64,000 nt of DNA from an uncultured Gammaproteobacteria bacterium (GCA_964409875.1 CAYPEN010000002.1:142607-206606), one strand, 5' to 3'; shown: positions 30,299 to 38,392, counted from the stretch's first letter. Program-made: numbers and translations. The notes: generated by a model not told the origin, from the letters alone.

Positions 30299-30499
30299 GT
30301 AGCTGGAGTGGGGTTCGAACCCACGACTTTTGCGTTACATTAACAATTTGCAGATTTTGTAGCTGGAGTGGGGTTCGAACCCACGACCTCAGCGTTATGA
30401 ATGCTGTGCTCGAACCAGCCGAGCTCTCCAGCCGTCTACTTACTGCAAATTGTTAATGAGCTCCGAATGCTGTGCTCGAACCAGCCGAGCTCTCCAGCC
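30299..30499 (-). repeat. Nested partial duplications of the tRNA-Met gene with a 16-nt inverted repeat
   Basis: 30465-30499 repeats the 5' 35 nt of the tRNA (30399-30433) exactly. 30301-30327 repeats its 3' 27 nt (30361-30387) exactly. 30338-30353 'cattaacaatttgcag' is the reverse complement of 30443-30458. Confidence 0.8.
30360..30433 (-). tRNA. tRNA-Met (anticodon CAT; could also be a lysidine-modified tRNA-Ile2)
   Basis: Hand-folded cloverleaf. Acceptor GGCTGGA/TCCAGCT, D-stem GCTC/GAGC, anticodon loop TTCATAA, T-arm GTGGG-TTCGAAC-CCCAC. No encoded CCA. There is an A31-C39 mismatch in the anticodon stem. Confidence 0.7.
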
Positions 30500-30579
30500 A
30501 TGAATTTCAATGGTGTTTATTGTACCATTTTGAACTCATAAATTCAAAATGTCGGACTCACTTTGAGGCAAAAAAATTA

Positions 30580-30666
30580 TGGCGGAGGAGGCGGGATTCG
30601 AACCCGCGAGTGCTTGCGCACGCATACTTTCCAAGCATGTGGAATGGACCACTATCCGACTCCTCC
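30580..30666 (-). tRNA. tRNA-Ser (anticodon GGA), type II with long variable arm, CCA encoded
   Basis: Acceptor GGAGGAG/CTCCTCC, anticodon stem CATGC/GTATG with loop TTGGAAA, variable arm CGTGC-GCAA-GCAC, T-arm GCGGG-TTCGAAT-CCCGC, 3' GCCA. Confidence 0.75.
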
Positions 30667-30740
30667 GAGCAAAGCGAGGAGGTGCTGGAGAACAATCTTG
30701 TTTGCAAGATTTTCATCCGACTCCTCCAAATTACGTCTAG

Positions 30741-31172
30741 CTATTTTACCAGGGATTGAATAATTGGCAAAGCTTTCTCAAAAACCGTCTTATCACTTTT
30801 AAATGTCAGCTTCTCTAAAACTTTCTCTACCTCAATCCATTGGACATCTTCCATTTCAAAATCGTGCTTAGTTATATCCCCACTTTTGTATTTCATTACA
30901 AAATAATATACGGTTTTTTTCACTTTTGCGCCCTCAAAATTGTACCAATACGTGATAGGCTCCAATGCTTCCAAAATTTCCCCTACGGCACCCGTTTCCT
31001 CCTCTACCTCGCGAAGCGCCGTTTCCTCTTTTTTTTCACCGTGAATTTTGTCTCCAATAAGTCCCTTTGGAAAACCCCATCCATGGTGGTAGGAATGTTG
31101 ACACAGCAATATTTCAATTCCCTTTTGGGATTTTCTAAAGACAACTCCCCCGGCAGAAAATTCAAATTTCAT
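30741..31172 (-). CDS. NUDIX hydrolase
   Basis: Nudix box 'GEKKEETALREVEEETGA'. The start is trimmed to 'MKFEFSAGG' so it does not overlap tRNA-Arg. Confidence 0.75.
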   Translation of the reverse strand: MKFEFSAGGVVFRKSQKGIEILLCQHSYHHGWGFPKGLIGDKIHGEKKEETALREVEEETGAVGEILEALEPITYWYNFEGAKVKKTVYYFVMKYKSGDITKHDFEMEDVQWIEVEKVLEKLTFKSDKTVFEKALPIIQSLVK

Positions 31173-31181
31173 ACTTTTTTG

Positions 31182-31258
31182 TGGCGCACCCGAGTGGGGT
31201 CGAACCACCAACCGCAAGATCCGGAATCTTGTACTCTATCCATTGAGCTACGGGTGCC
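31182..31258 (-). tRNA. tRNA-Arg (anticodon CCG), CCA encoded
   Basis: Anticodon stem CAAGA/TCTTG with loop TTCCGGA, T-arm GGTGG-TTCGACC-CCACT, 3' end GCGCCA. Confidence 0.8.
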
Positions 31259-31298
31259 TATCTTTCATGCAACCGCAAGATTTACTTGCAGATTCATG

Positions 31299-31383
31299 CG
31301 GAGGGTACAGGATTTGAACCTGTGTAGGGATTGCTCCCTCGGGATTTCGAGTCCCGCGCAATTGGCCACTATGCGAACCCTCC
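31299..31383 (-). tRNA. tRNA-Ser (anticodon CGA), type II
   Basis: Acceptor GGAGGGT/ACCCTCC, 3-bp D-stem, anticodon stem CGGGA/TCCCG with loop CTCGAAA, long variable arm, T-arm ACAGG-TTCAAAT-CCTGT. Confidence 0.75.
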
Positions 31384-31459
31384 GGAACAAACGTGGGGGT
31401 GGATTGCAGAATATTCTTAAAAAGAATTACATGTGAACCCTCCTCCGAACCTGTGTGTG

Positions 31460-31532
31460 CGCGCCCAAGTGGGGTCGAACCACCAACCTCAGGATCCGCA
31501 ATCCTGTGCTCTATCCATTAAGCTATGGGCGC
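31460..31532 (-). tRNA. tRNA-Arg (anticodon read as GCG)
   Basis: Acceptor GCGCCCA/TGGGCGC, anticodon stem CAGGA/TCCTG with loop TTGCGGA, T-arm GGTGG-TTCGACC-CCACT. Closely related to the Arg-CCG gene. Confidence 0.7.
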
Positions 31533-31608
31533 ACGATAAATCAACGAACCCAGTGATTATATCAACTTTGAGGCAAAAAACCTACCATTTGAAAAAGCCA
31601 AGCTCCGC

Positions 31609-32160
31609 TTAACGCTCGAGAGGAAAGTTACGAGCCAACCATTCACCGCTTTTTTCCATAAAGGTTGGTTTGACTACTTCACGAAATGGGATGTATCCTA
31701 TCAACACACGTCTGATGTGATCGACTGGGACATCACCCAACGAGATACGCAACTCTCCAGGAAACATGCTTTTTGCCCTAACAATTAAAACATCCACTCC
31801 GTCTATTTTCTTGAAATAAAAATCATACAACTCGTCCCAGATAAAAAAATGGTCTTCAACTTTGATCCCCTGTGTGCTTATTCGGTAATGAAAATTTTGA
31901 GGTGGGACTACCGCAAGCGCAATTGAGAAGAAATAGAGCGTGCCTACAACAAACATTAAAAGGTACTCTGAAAAAATAAAAAGAATTACCTCTATAAGAA
32001 ATACGATAAGAAGTCCCGTAAAATAGAATTCTTTCCCTTTTTTCCGAAACGGTCTTCCTGGAGCCGACCAAGAAATGAGTGTTTTAACATCGGGATAAGT
32101 GTGTCTGGCAGGATGATGCTCCATAGATACACTATGGCATATATTGAGGGTAAAAATCAA
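31609..32160 (-). CDS. Membrane protein with two TM helices and C-terminal bacterial PH-like domain (YdbS-like)
   Basis: Topology and size fit. No catalytic motif. Confidence 0.4.
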   Translation of the reverse strand: MIFTLNICHSVSMEHHPARHTYPDVKTLISWSAPGRPFRKKGKEFYFTGLLIVFLIEVILFIFSEYLLMFVVGTLYFFSIALAVVPPQNFHYRISTQGIKVEDHFFIWDELYDFYFKKIDGVDVLIVRAKSMFPGELRISLGDVPVDHIRRVLIGYIPFREVVKPTFMEKSGEWLARNFPLER

Positions 32161-32175
32161 GCTGAACTGAAGAAT

Positions 32176-33042
32176 TTAAAGCTCAAGAAGTGAAGTACTT
32201 TCTCCGTTTTTGTGTTCTTTTACGTATTGCAGATAGCGTTCGGTTGATGAAAGTCGTTTGTGTCCCAGTACTTTGGAGAGAAAAACTAAAGATACTCCCT
32301 GCTTAAGGTGATGTGCTACAAATGTATGCCTCAAATCATTTATCTTTACATTTTCAATTCCTGCTTTTTTAAAATATCTTTCGACAGCATCTCGAATGTT
32401 TCTTACAAGAAATGGCCTACCGGTCTTTGTTACAAACACATGGGTGTCCTCCGTATTTGCACGGGTTTCCATATATCGCTTTAACGCTTCCTTTGCACGT
32501 CTATTCAGAGGGACCTCGCGTGATTCATGCCCTTCATATGGCCTTATATGAAGCGAATTTTCAGAAACATCTTCTACGCGAAGGTTGGCAAGTTCTCCGA
32601 TGCGAATACCAGTTTGTAGAAGAACTTCAATAATCGCATAGATTCTGGAATCGACAGATGCTGCATCTCTTAACGCACGGTATTCAAGAGGCGACAGCAT
32701 TCGAGGAGGATTAAGCTCATATTTTGGATGCTCAACAAGCAACGACGGGTCGTCCGTTACATATTCATTTACTTTTAAATAACGATAGAATGTCCGAGTT
32801 GAGTTAAGTTTTCGAGATAAAGATTTGGGGGTATAGCCTTCGTCTTTTAACTTTGTTAAGAACGCTTGAATATCCGTTCCGTTCACTTCATGGATGTTGT
32901 TTTTCTGAAGCGCTTCAAGAAATTCAATTAATTGCTCGACATCCTTGCCATATGCTAATATTGTCGCGGACGCTCTATTTTTAGATTTTAAAAAGTCCTG
33001 GAACTTTCCATGTGCGTCCCTAAGACGTAACTCATTTGCCAT
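32176..33042 (-). CDS. Tyrosine recombinase (XerC/XerD/phage-integrase family)
   Basis: N-terminal SAM-like core-binding domain. Catalytic box 'LRHTFVAHHLKQGVSL...LGHKRLSSTERYLQY' (R..H..R..Y). Confidence 0.85.
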   Translation of the reverse strand: MANELRLRDAHGKFQDFLKSKNRASATILAYGKDVEQLIEFLEALQKNNIHEVNGTDIQAFLTKLKDEGYTPKSLSRKLNSTRTFYRYLKVNEYVTDDPSLLVEHPKYELNPPRMLSPLEYRALRDAASVDSRIYAIIEVLLQTGIRIGELANLRVEDVSENSLHIRPYEGHESREVPLNRRAKEALKRYMETRANTEDTHVFVTKTGRPFLVRNIRDAVERYFKKAGIENVKINDLRHTFVAHHLKQGVSLVFLSKVLGHKRLSSTERYLQYVKEHKNGESTSLLEL

Positions 33043-33110
33043 AAATTTTTAATTAATGAGGTAAGCATGCCTTATCTCTAAATTAATTTGAGCCTATAAT
33101 ATCAGTAAAC

Positions 33111-33458
33111 ATGCGCTTTGTCAACACAAAATCAATCTTACTCCTAGGAATTGTACTCATTTTGCTATGGGTAATTAAAAATATCGCAACCTCAATTATT
33201 ACCTTAAGACAAAATAGCCATATAGTAACAACTCTTAAAGACCAGGAAGAGGAAGCAAAAAGAAAGAAACAGCTACTCCAACAACAACTCCATGTTGTTA
33301 ATACGCCTGAATTTATTGAAAGCCAGGCAAGAGAAAAATTAGGAATGGTAAAACCGGGAGAGCACATAGTACTTGCTCCTCCCCCGTCTCCAGCTCCACA
33401 AAAAACGAATAACGATACAGCCTCTAACTGGGAACGATGGTGGAATCTATTTTTTTAA
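33111..33458 (+). CDS. FtsB/DivIC-like septum formation initiator
   Basis: N-terminal TM, coiled coil, and the conserved 'PEFIESQAREKLGMVKPGE' motif. Confidence 0.6.
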   Translation: MRFVNTKSILLLGIVLILLWVIKNIATSIITLRQNSHIVTTLKDQEEEAKRKKQLLQQQLHVVNTPEFIESQAREKLGMVKPGEHIVLAPPPSPAPQKTNNDTASNWERWWNLFF

Positions 33459-33600
33459 AATTTGGTGCGGAGTAAGCAGGGCTTGCTCACGCAACACCCA
33501 TTTCATTCGTGTTGCGGGGCCTAGAAGAAATACGAACATACTTTCTAACCCGTAACGATTCAGTCATTATACCAAATTTAGCTTAATTATTCTTCTTTAA

Positions 33601-34788
33601 TTGCATTTAAAAAAGTCCTATACTGAGAACATGCCAACTGTAGCAATACTCAAGCAGAATATTGAGGACATTTTAAAACAGCAAGGCTATACTTTAAGCA
33701 CGAATGGTAGTTTTATTCTTCCTTCAAGCGATAGAGAATCTTGGAGACAGGCGCATTATATAGCAAGAACAGAACGCCTGTTAGCAAAAGAGAATTTTAT
33801 TCTAAAAGGTAGCAGAATAGCTCAAAAGTATTTTCTTGATGGGAAAGATTTAAATATTGAAAAAATTGAGCCTAAATTGATTGAAGTTGAAGCAGAAACT
33901 GAATGGGAAGATTTATTTAAGTGGTGGAACTTAACCTGGTGGAGCCTACCTTATGAGAAAGCTTACGGCAGACAAATGAGATTTGTTGTATGGGATAAAT
34001 ACCACAATGCGCCTATTGGTCTCATCGGCTTACAAAGCCCAATACTTAGTTGGAGTGTTAGGGATAAATTTCTAAATATTCCATATGAAACAAGAGATTA
34101 TTGGGTCAATCAATCTTTAAGTGCACAAAGAATTGGAGCACTACCCCCTTATAACGACATTCTCGGAGGCAAGCTTGTTTCACTCCTTATGACATCAGAC
34201 ACAGTCAGAAAAGCCTTTAATAAAAAGTATAAAAACAAGGCCACATTGTTAAAAAATAGAGAACTACCATCAAGGTTGCTGTTTATTACCACAACAGGAG
34301 CATATGGGAAAAGTAGTGTTTATCAACGCTTAAAATTTAACCAAGAGGTAATTGCAAAGTTTATTGGATTTACTCAAGGAAGTGGAACTTTTCACATTCC
34401 AAACGCATTGTTTGAAGACCTGGTAAAGTATATGCAAAAGAGAGGCTATCCTGTAGGAAGAGGCTATGGCAATGGACCGTCTCGCAAGCTTAGAATTATT
34501 GACCAAGCACTTCAGCTTTTAGGATTTGCAAACGGAGCAACTCATGGCATTAAGAGAGCAGTTTATTTATTCCCCATGGTAAGAAATTTAGATAACGTAA
34601 TACAACAAGACAAAAGGCCTCTATGGGCAAAAAGAAGCGAAGAAGATTTAACTGAATTCTGGAAAAATAGATGGGCGTTTCCACGAGCTGAAAGAAATCC
34701 TGCATATAAAACGTATGTTAGCAAGGACTTTTTAAGTGAAATTATGTATAATCTAGAGCAATATAGGGCGTTAAGTCCTACATTGTAA
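33601..34788 (+). CDS. Island protein of unknown function (395 aa), first gene of the HerA/NurA operon
   Basis: Long uninterrupted ORF with a Trp-rich segment 'WEDLFKWWNLTWWSLPYEKAYGRQMRFVVWDK'. No motif I can assign. A 3-nt gap separates it from the next gene. Confidence 0.5.
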   Translation: MHLKKSYTENMPTVAILKQNIEDILKQQGYTLSTNGSFILPSSDRESWRQAHYIARTERLLAKENFILKGSRIAQKYFLDGKDLNIEKIEPKLIEVEAETEWEDLFKWWNLTWWSLPYEKAYGRQMRFVVWDKYHNAPIGLIGLQSPILSWSVRDKFLNIPYETRDYWVNQSLSAQRIGALPPYNDILGGKLVSLLMTSDTVRKAFNKKYKNKATLLKNRELPSRLLFITTTGAYGKSSVYQRLKFNQEVIAKFIGFTQGSGTFHIPNALFEDLVKYMQKRGYPVGRGYGNGPSRKLRIIDQALQLLGFANGATHGIKRAVYLFPMVRNLDNVIQQDKRPLWAKRSEEDLTEFWKNRWAFPRAERNPAYKTYVSKDFLSEIMYNLEQYRALSPTL

Positions 34789-34791
34789 AGG

Positions 34792-35931
34792 ATGAACGAT
34801 TCCTCAAATAATGATACATTCGGGGATTTACCTCAAGCATTAGTAGAAGAACTTCTTGGTAAAAGTCAGGAAGTAGGCAATGCATTGTATTCTTCATTTA
34901 GTAATATTCAAAATCAGAAGAAAAAATTCAGAGAAGACTTGGAAAAGGGAAATATTCTAAAAAGAGAGGCTGACTATAGCGTATCTGTACCGCCTACGAC
35001 TTGTGGAATTGATGGCGCCTATGCAAAGGAGGAGCTTTTATCAGTAGATTTGCTGGCAGCAGCCGCCGTCGCTCTTGAAGGAATAACCCCACCGTCTGAA
35101 ACAAGATTTTGGGAGGGCCCTCATCACCAGGTAATCATACAGGAAGAAAAACACAATCCCGACACTAACACAATCTTACGGGCAATAATGATAGGAATGG
35201 AACAACAGCTTGCGGAAAAAGCACCTCACGATGTTGTATTCATAGACGGTTCTTTAACTACGCCGTTAATTTTTTTCAATCAAGCAATTAATAAAGCTGA
35301 AGAATCAGATGATAATAGAGAACTTTCTATCTCTAAAAAACTTTTTGAGGTTTTACCTGAATCCTTAGCTTCATATCGTAAAGTTTTAGGCAATTCTCGA
35401 ACTGATAAGCTCTGGGTAGGGATGCCAAAATATACCACAAACAGAGAGATTGGGCGAAGTATGAAATGGGACCAGTCCTATGATGATAGAGCCTTGTTAA
35501 CTCTACTGTTAGCACCCGGTGAATTAACGACTCCACTCCCTTTCCAAAAACCATCTCAACCATGGCATTTAACTTACAAGCCGTGCGAGAAAGATATACA
35601 AAGCATTAAGGACTCTCTGGGCGGGTTGCGAGTTATTTATTATAGACCTCATGTGTGGACTCCTGCTCTTAGAATAGAGTTAAACTCTCACACTGCAGCC
35701 AATGAGTATCAGCTTGGCATGGTTCTGCAAGCTGTTAAATTTCAATGTGCTACTGCAGGAATAATTGAACCTTATCCTTTGTATATAGCAGATAGAATGG
35801 TTAAGTCCTTAGGCACTGGTCTACCAGCATTTAGACAGGTGGTTACTCGACAGATGGCAGAAGATTATGATGGCGATATTGGTGAAGTGTTTTTTACTAT
35901 GCATGGATATAGGACAGAACGTTCAAAATAG
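34792..35931 (+). CDS. NurA-like nuclease (RNase H-fold) candidate
   Basis: Two 'DG' catalytic-type motifs, 'CGIDGAYA' and 'VVFIDGSLTTP', with an acidic 'IIQEEKH' stretch between them, spaced as in NurA. It is operonic with a HerA ATPase. Confidence 0.5.
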   Translation: MNDSSNNDTFGDLPQALVEELLGKSQEVGNALYSSFSNIQNQKKKFREDLEKGNILKREADYSVSVPPTTCGIDGAYAKEELLSVDLLAAAAVALEGITPPSETRFWEGPHHQVIIQEEKHNPDTNTILRAIMIGMEQQLAEKAPHDVVFIDGSLTTPLIFFNQAINKAEESDDNRELSISKKLFEVLPESLASYRKVLGNSRTDKLWVGMPKYTTNREIGRSMKWDQSYDDRALLTLLLAPGELTTPLPFQKPSQPWHLTYKPCEKDIQSIKDSLGGLRVIYYRPHVWTPALRIELNSHTAANEYQLGMVLQAVKFQCATAGIIEPYPLYIADRMVKSLGTGLPAFRQVVTRQMAEDYDGDIGEVFFTMHGYRTERSK

Positions 35932-35960
35932 ATGTATAATACAAAAAATAAAGATGAATT

Positions 35961-37736
35961 ATGAAAGATGATAAAAAAAATATAGAAGAAGTCCTTAAGG
36001 ATGCTGAGCGAATTGGAGTTATAGGCTCACCCTCCTCTACAAGTAAGCTTACGCTGGATATTTTAGGAAGTGCTGTAAACAAAAAACTTGTAGGAGAACT
36101 TGGTTTATTTTCATACACACAAGAAGGTAGCAAGAATTATGCAATGGGTCAAATTACTGAAGTTGAGCTTCATAACATTTGGCACCAAGACCCAACAATA
36201 AGAAGCCTTATAAGACAAAAAGGGAGCATTAACCCTGTAAGCGAACGCCAGGATACCCATATTGGACAGATGACAATTAGCGCAGTTTTTCAATCGGCGG
36301 GAGATAGTATTTTTGAACCAAGCATTTTAGGTACAATTCCCGCAACAGGAACTCCAATAAATATCGTGTCTGACGACATACTAAACACCATTCTTTCTGC
36401 ATATAAAGACGAAATCTTTTATTTAGGGAATGTGTATGGCTCTAAACCAAAGCTACCTATGTGGTTTAAGCATTTTGATTCTGGAAAAGGTGGCGCAGGA
36501 GAAGCCTATCATCTTGGTATATTTGGGAAAACTGGCTCTGGTAAGTCTGTTTTGGCAAAGATGACAATAATGGGATACGCAAGACATAAGCAAATGGGAA
36601 TATTCATTCTAGACCCTCAGGGTGAATTTTCAAAAGGACTTAAAGATGGTGTGACCTCAGACACAATGAAAACAATTCTATGCAAAGAGACATTAGAAAA
36701 AATGGAAAGAGAATATGTAGTATATGACCTTAACAACATTGCTCTCAGTAGGTGGTCGCTTTTTGCTCAATTTTTAATAGAATTTAACTTTTTCTTTGAG
36801 CTCGGAATTAAATCCTCAGATTATCAAAAAATAGTTGCTGAAGACATAGAAGATTTTTGTAGAAGCAATTCAGCTTTAAAGCTATCTCAGCTCGATAATA
36901 ATGCATTAGCAAAAGTATTGGAACATTTAGATGCAAATATTCATCGTGTATACGCTGGAAAGCAATCAGATGGTGCAAATAGAGTGAAAGAATACATTGC
37001 AGAATGCCTTGAAGCTATAAAGAATAATACAGATAATAGGTTAGTTAATATTTGGACAAAAGTAGGTAAGCTTTTTGATAATAGTGGAGGCAAGAAAAAT
37101 CCAAAAGACATTGTAAACGAGGCAATAAAAGGAGGTACTAGCACGAGAAAACTTGTCTCGATTGACCTTTCTCAAAAACCATCTGACATTTCACCTTATG
37201 TATGGGACGAAAAAATAAAACCACTTATCATTGATAACTTTCTGAGCGACTTAGTACAAGCAGCAGAATACGCGTACAGAGATGATAAAAGCTTAAATAC
37301 TCTTGTTGTAATTGATGAAGCCCATAGACTTGCTCCAAGAGGAAGTTTAGAAAATGAGAAAAAAGAAAAAATACGCTCTACCCTTGTAGATGCGGTAAGA
37401 ACAACAAGAAAATATGGATTGGGCTGGTTGTTTATCAGCCAAACACTATCTAGTTTAGATAAGGACATAATTGAACAATTAAGAATCAACTTTTTTGGAT
37501 TTGGTTTGTCTATGGGTACAGAATTCCAGTCTTTAAGAGAGCTTGCTGGTGGCGACCCTGCTGCACTAAAATTGTATCAATCTTTTAGAGACCCACATAG
37601 CGCATTCGATAACAATCTACGCGAGTATGCGTTTATGTCATTGGGACCAGTTTCACCCCTCTCTTTTGCAGGCACACCCCTATTCCTATCCGTATTTACA
37701 TCCCCTGAGGTTTTCTTAAAGGAGAATAATCTATAA
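35961..37736 (+). CDS. HerA-family hexameric ATPase/helicase
   Basis: N-terminal HAS-barrel-like region. 'HLGIFGKTGSGKSVL' is the HerA HxxIxGxTGSGKS motif. Walker B 'VVIDEAHRLAP'. 'GLGWLFISQTLSSLD' is sensor-like. Confidence 0.8.
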   Translation: MKDDKKNIEEVLKDAERIGVIGSPSSTSKLTLDILGSAVNKKLVGELGLFSYTQEGSKNYAMGQITEVELHNIWHQDPTIRSLIRQKGSINPVSERQDTHIGQMTISAVFQSAGDSIFEPSILGTIPATGTPINIVSDDILNTILSAYKDEIFYLGNVYGSKPKLPMWFKHFDSGKGGAGEAYHLGIFGKTGSGKSVLAKMTIMGYARHKQMGIFILDPQGEFSKGLKDGVTSDTMKTILCKETLEKMEREYVVYDLNNIALSRWSLFAQFLIEFNFFFELGIKSSDYQKIVAEDIEDFCRSNSALKLSQLDNNALAKVLEHLDANIHRVYAGKQSDGANRVKEYIAECLEAIKNNTDNRLVNIWTKVGKLFDNSGGKKNPKDIVNEAIKGGTSTRKLVSIDLSQKPSDISPYVWDEKIKPLIIDNFLSDLVQAAEYAYRDDKSLNTLVVIDEAHRLAPRGSLENEKKEKIRSTLVDAVRTTRKYGLGWLFISQTLSSLDKDIIEQLRINFFGFGLSMGTEFQSLRELAGGDPAALKLYQSFRDPHSAFDNNLREYAFMSLGPVSPLSFAGTPLFLSVFTSPEVFLKENNL

Positions 37737-37955
37737 TTATTCAATTAAATCACCAATGTTCACGCCTAGTGCAACAGAAATTTTATATATAGTTGACAAT
37801 TTAGGGTCTCGGTGACCCATCTCAATCTCATTAACTGTAGTTAAATCCATTCCAATATCTCCTGCAAGGTCTTCTTGCGACAGTTTATTTTTATTTCTTA
37901 ATTCACGAACCTTATTGCCAAACTCCCTTTTTACAGCCTCATCTGAGATTGTCAT
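37737..37955 (-). CDS. XRE-family helix-turn-helix transcriptional regulator
   Basis: 'LRNKNKLSQEDLAGDIGMDLTTVNEIEMGHRDPKLSTIYKISVALGVNIGDL' is a typical Cro/C1 HTH. Confidence 0.8.
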   Translation of the reverse strand: MTISDEAVKREFGNKVRELRNKNKLSQEDLAGDIGMDLTTVNEIEMGHRDPKLSTIYKISVALGVNIGDLIE

Positions 37956-37965
37956 ATATTGTGTT

Positions 37966-38009
37966 TATGCCAAATTTCCTATAAAATGTCTTTGGCATAC
38001 ATGCCAAAT
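37966..38009. promoter_or_regulatory. Operator-like palindrome TATGCCAAA-N16-TTTGGCATA plus a third half-site ATGCCAAAT
   Basis: Perfect 9-bp inverted repeat at 37966-37974 / 37991-37999 and a third copy at 38001-38009. They sit in the divergent intergenic region between the XRE HTH gene and the zinc-ribbon gene. Confidence 0.5.
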
Positions 38010-38014
38010 AATGA

Positions 38015-38392
38015 ATGATGTTTTGCAATAATTGCGGTAAGGAACTAAGTGCAGAAAGCAGATTTTGTTCGAACTGTGGAACATCTATCCCTATAACAGA
38101 TAACTACAAGAAAAAATCCTCGAATATTACATTTGAAGCAATAAAACTAACTTCTAAAATCACCCTTGCGCCTGTCACCATCCCCTTTAGTATTCTGAAG
38201 TGGAGTCTCGGAATCAGAACTTTAAAGTGTCCTCGCTGCAGCAATAAAAAAATAAATAAAATGAAACCAGGCTGGGCAGAAAGTGCGATACCTGGTTTTG
38301 CACTTTTAGCTTTAGGGCCTTTAGGTCTTTTAGCAGGGCGTCCAAAAACCTTGTTCGTTTGCAAGCAATGCGGTTTCTCATGGGAAAGATAA
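38015..38392 (+). CDS. Double zinc-ribbon membrane protein
   Basis: 'CNNCGKEL...CSNCG' and 'CPRCS...CKQCG' Cys4 pairs flank a hydrophobic segment. Confidence 0.5.
   Translation: MMFCNNCGKELSAESRFCSNCGTSIPITDNYKKKSSNITFEAIKLTSKITLAPVTIPFSILKWSLGIRTLKCPRCSNKKINKMKPGWAESAIPGFALLALGPLGLLAGRPKTLFVCKQCGFSWER

Noticed and set aside
30253-30763. ORFs 30253..30456, 30472..30759 and 30563..30763 from the six-frame track
   Set aside because: They overlap the tRNA-Met and tRNA-Ser genes and their repeats. Their repetitive 'SWSGVRTHD' peptide is an artefact of translating the duplicated tRNA sequence.
32176-33042. Tyrosine recombinase as part of the 33.6–41.8 kb island
   Set aside because: It is separated from the island by the core-like ftsB gene, and the island has its own serine recombinase. 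The tyrosine recombinase may be chromosomal Xer or an integrase tied to the tRNA hot-spot, so it is listed separately.
33459-33600. Inverted repeat gcaacac…gtgttgc after the ftsB-like gene
   Set aside because: It is likely just a terminator-like hairpin (no U-tract) or part of the island's left attachment region. There is insufficient evidence for a distinct element.
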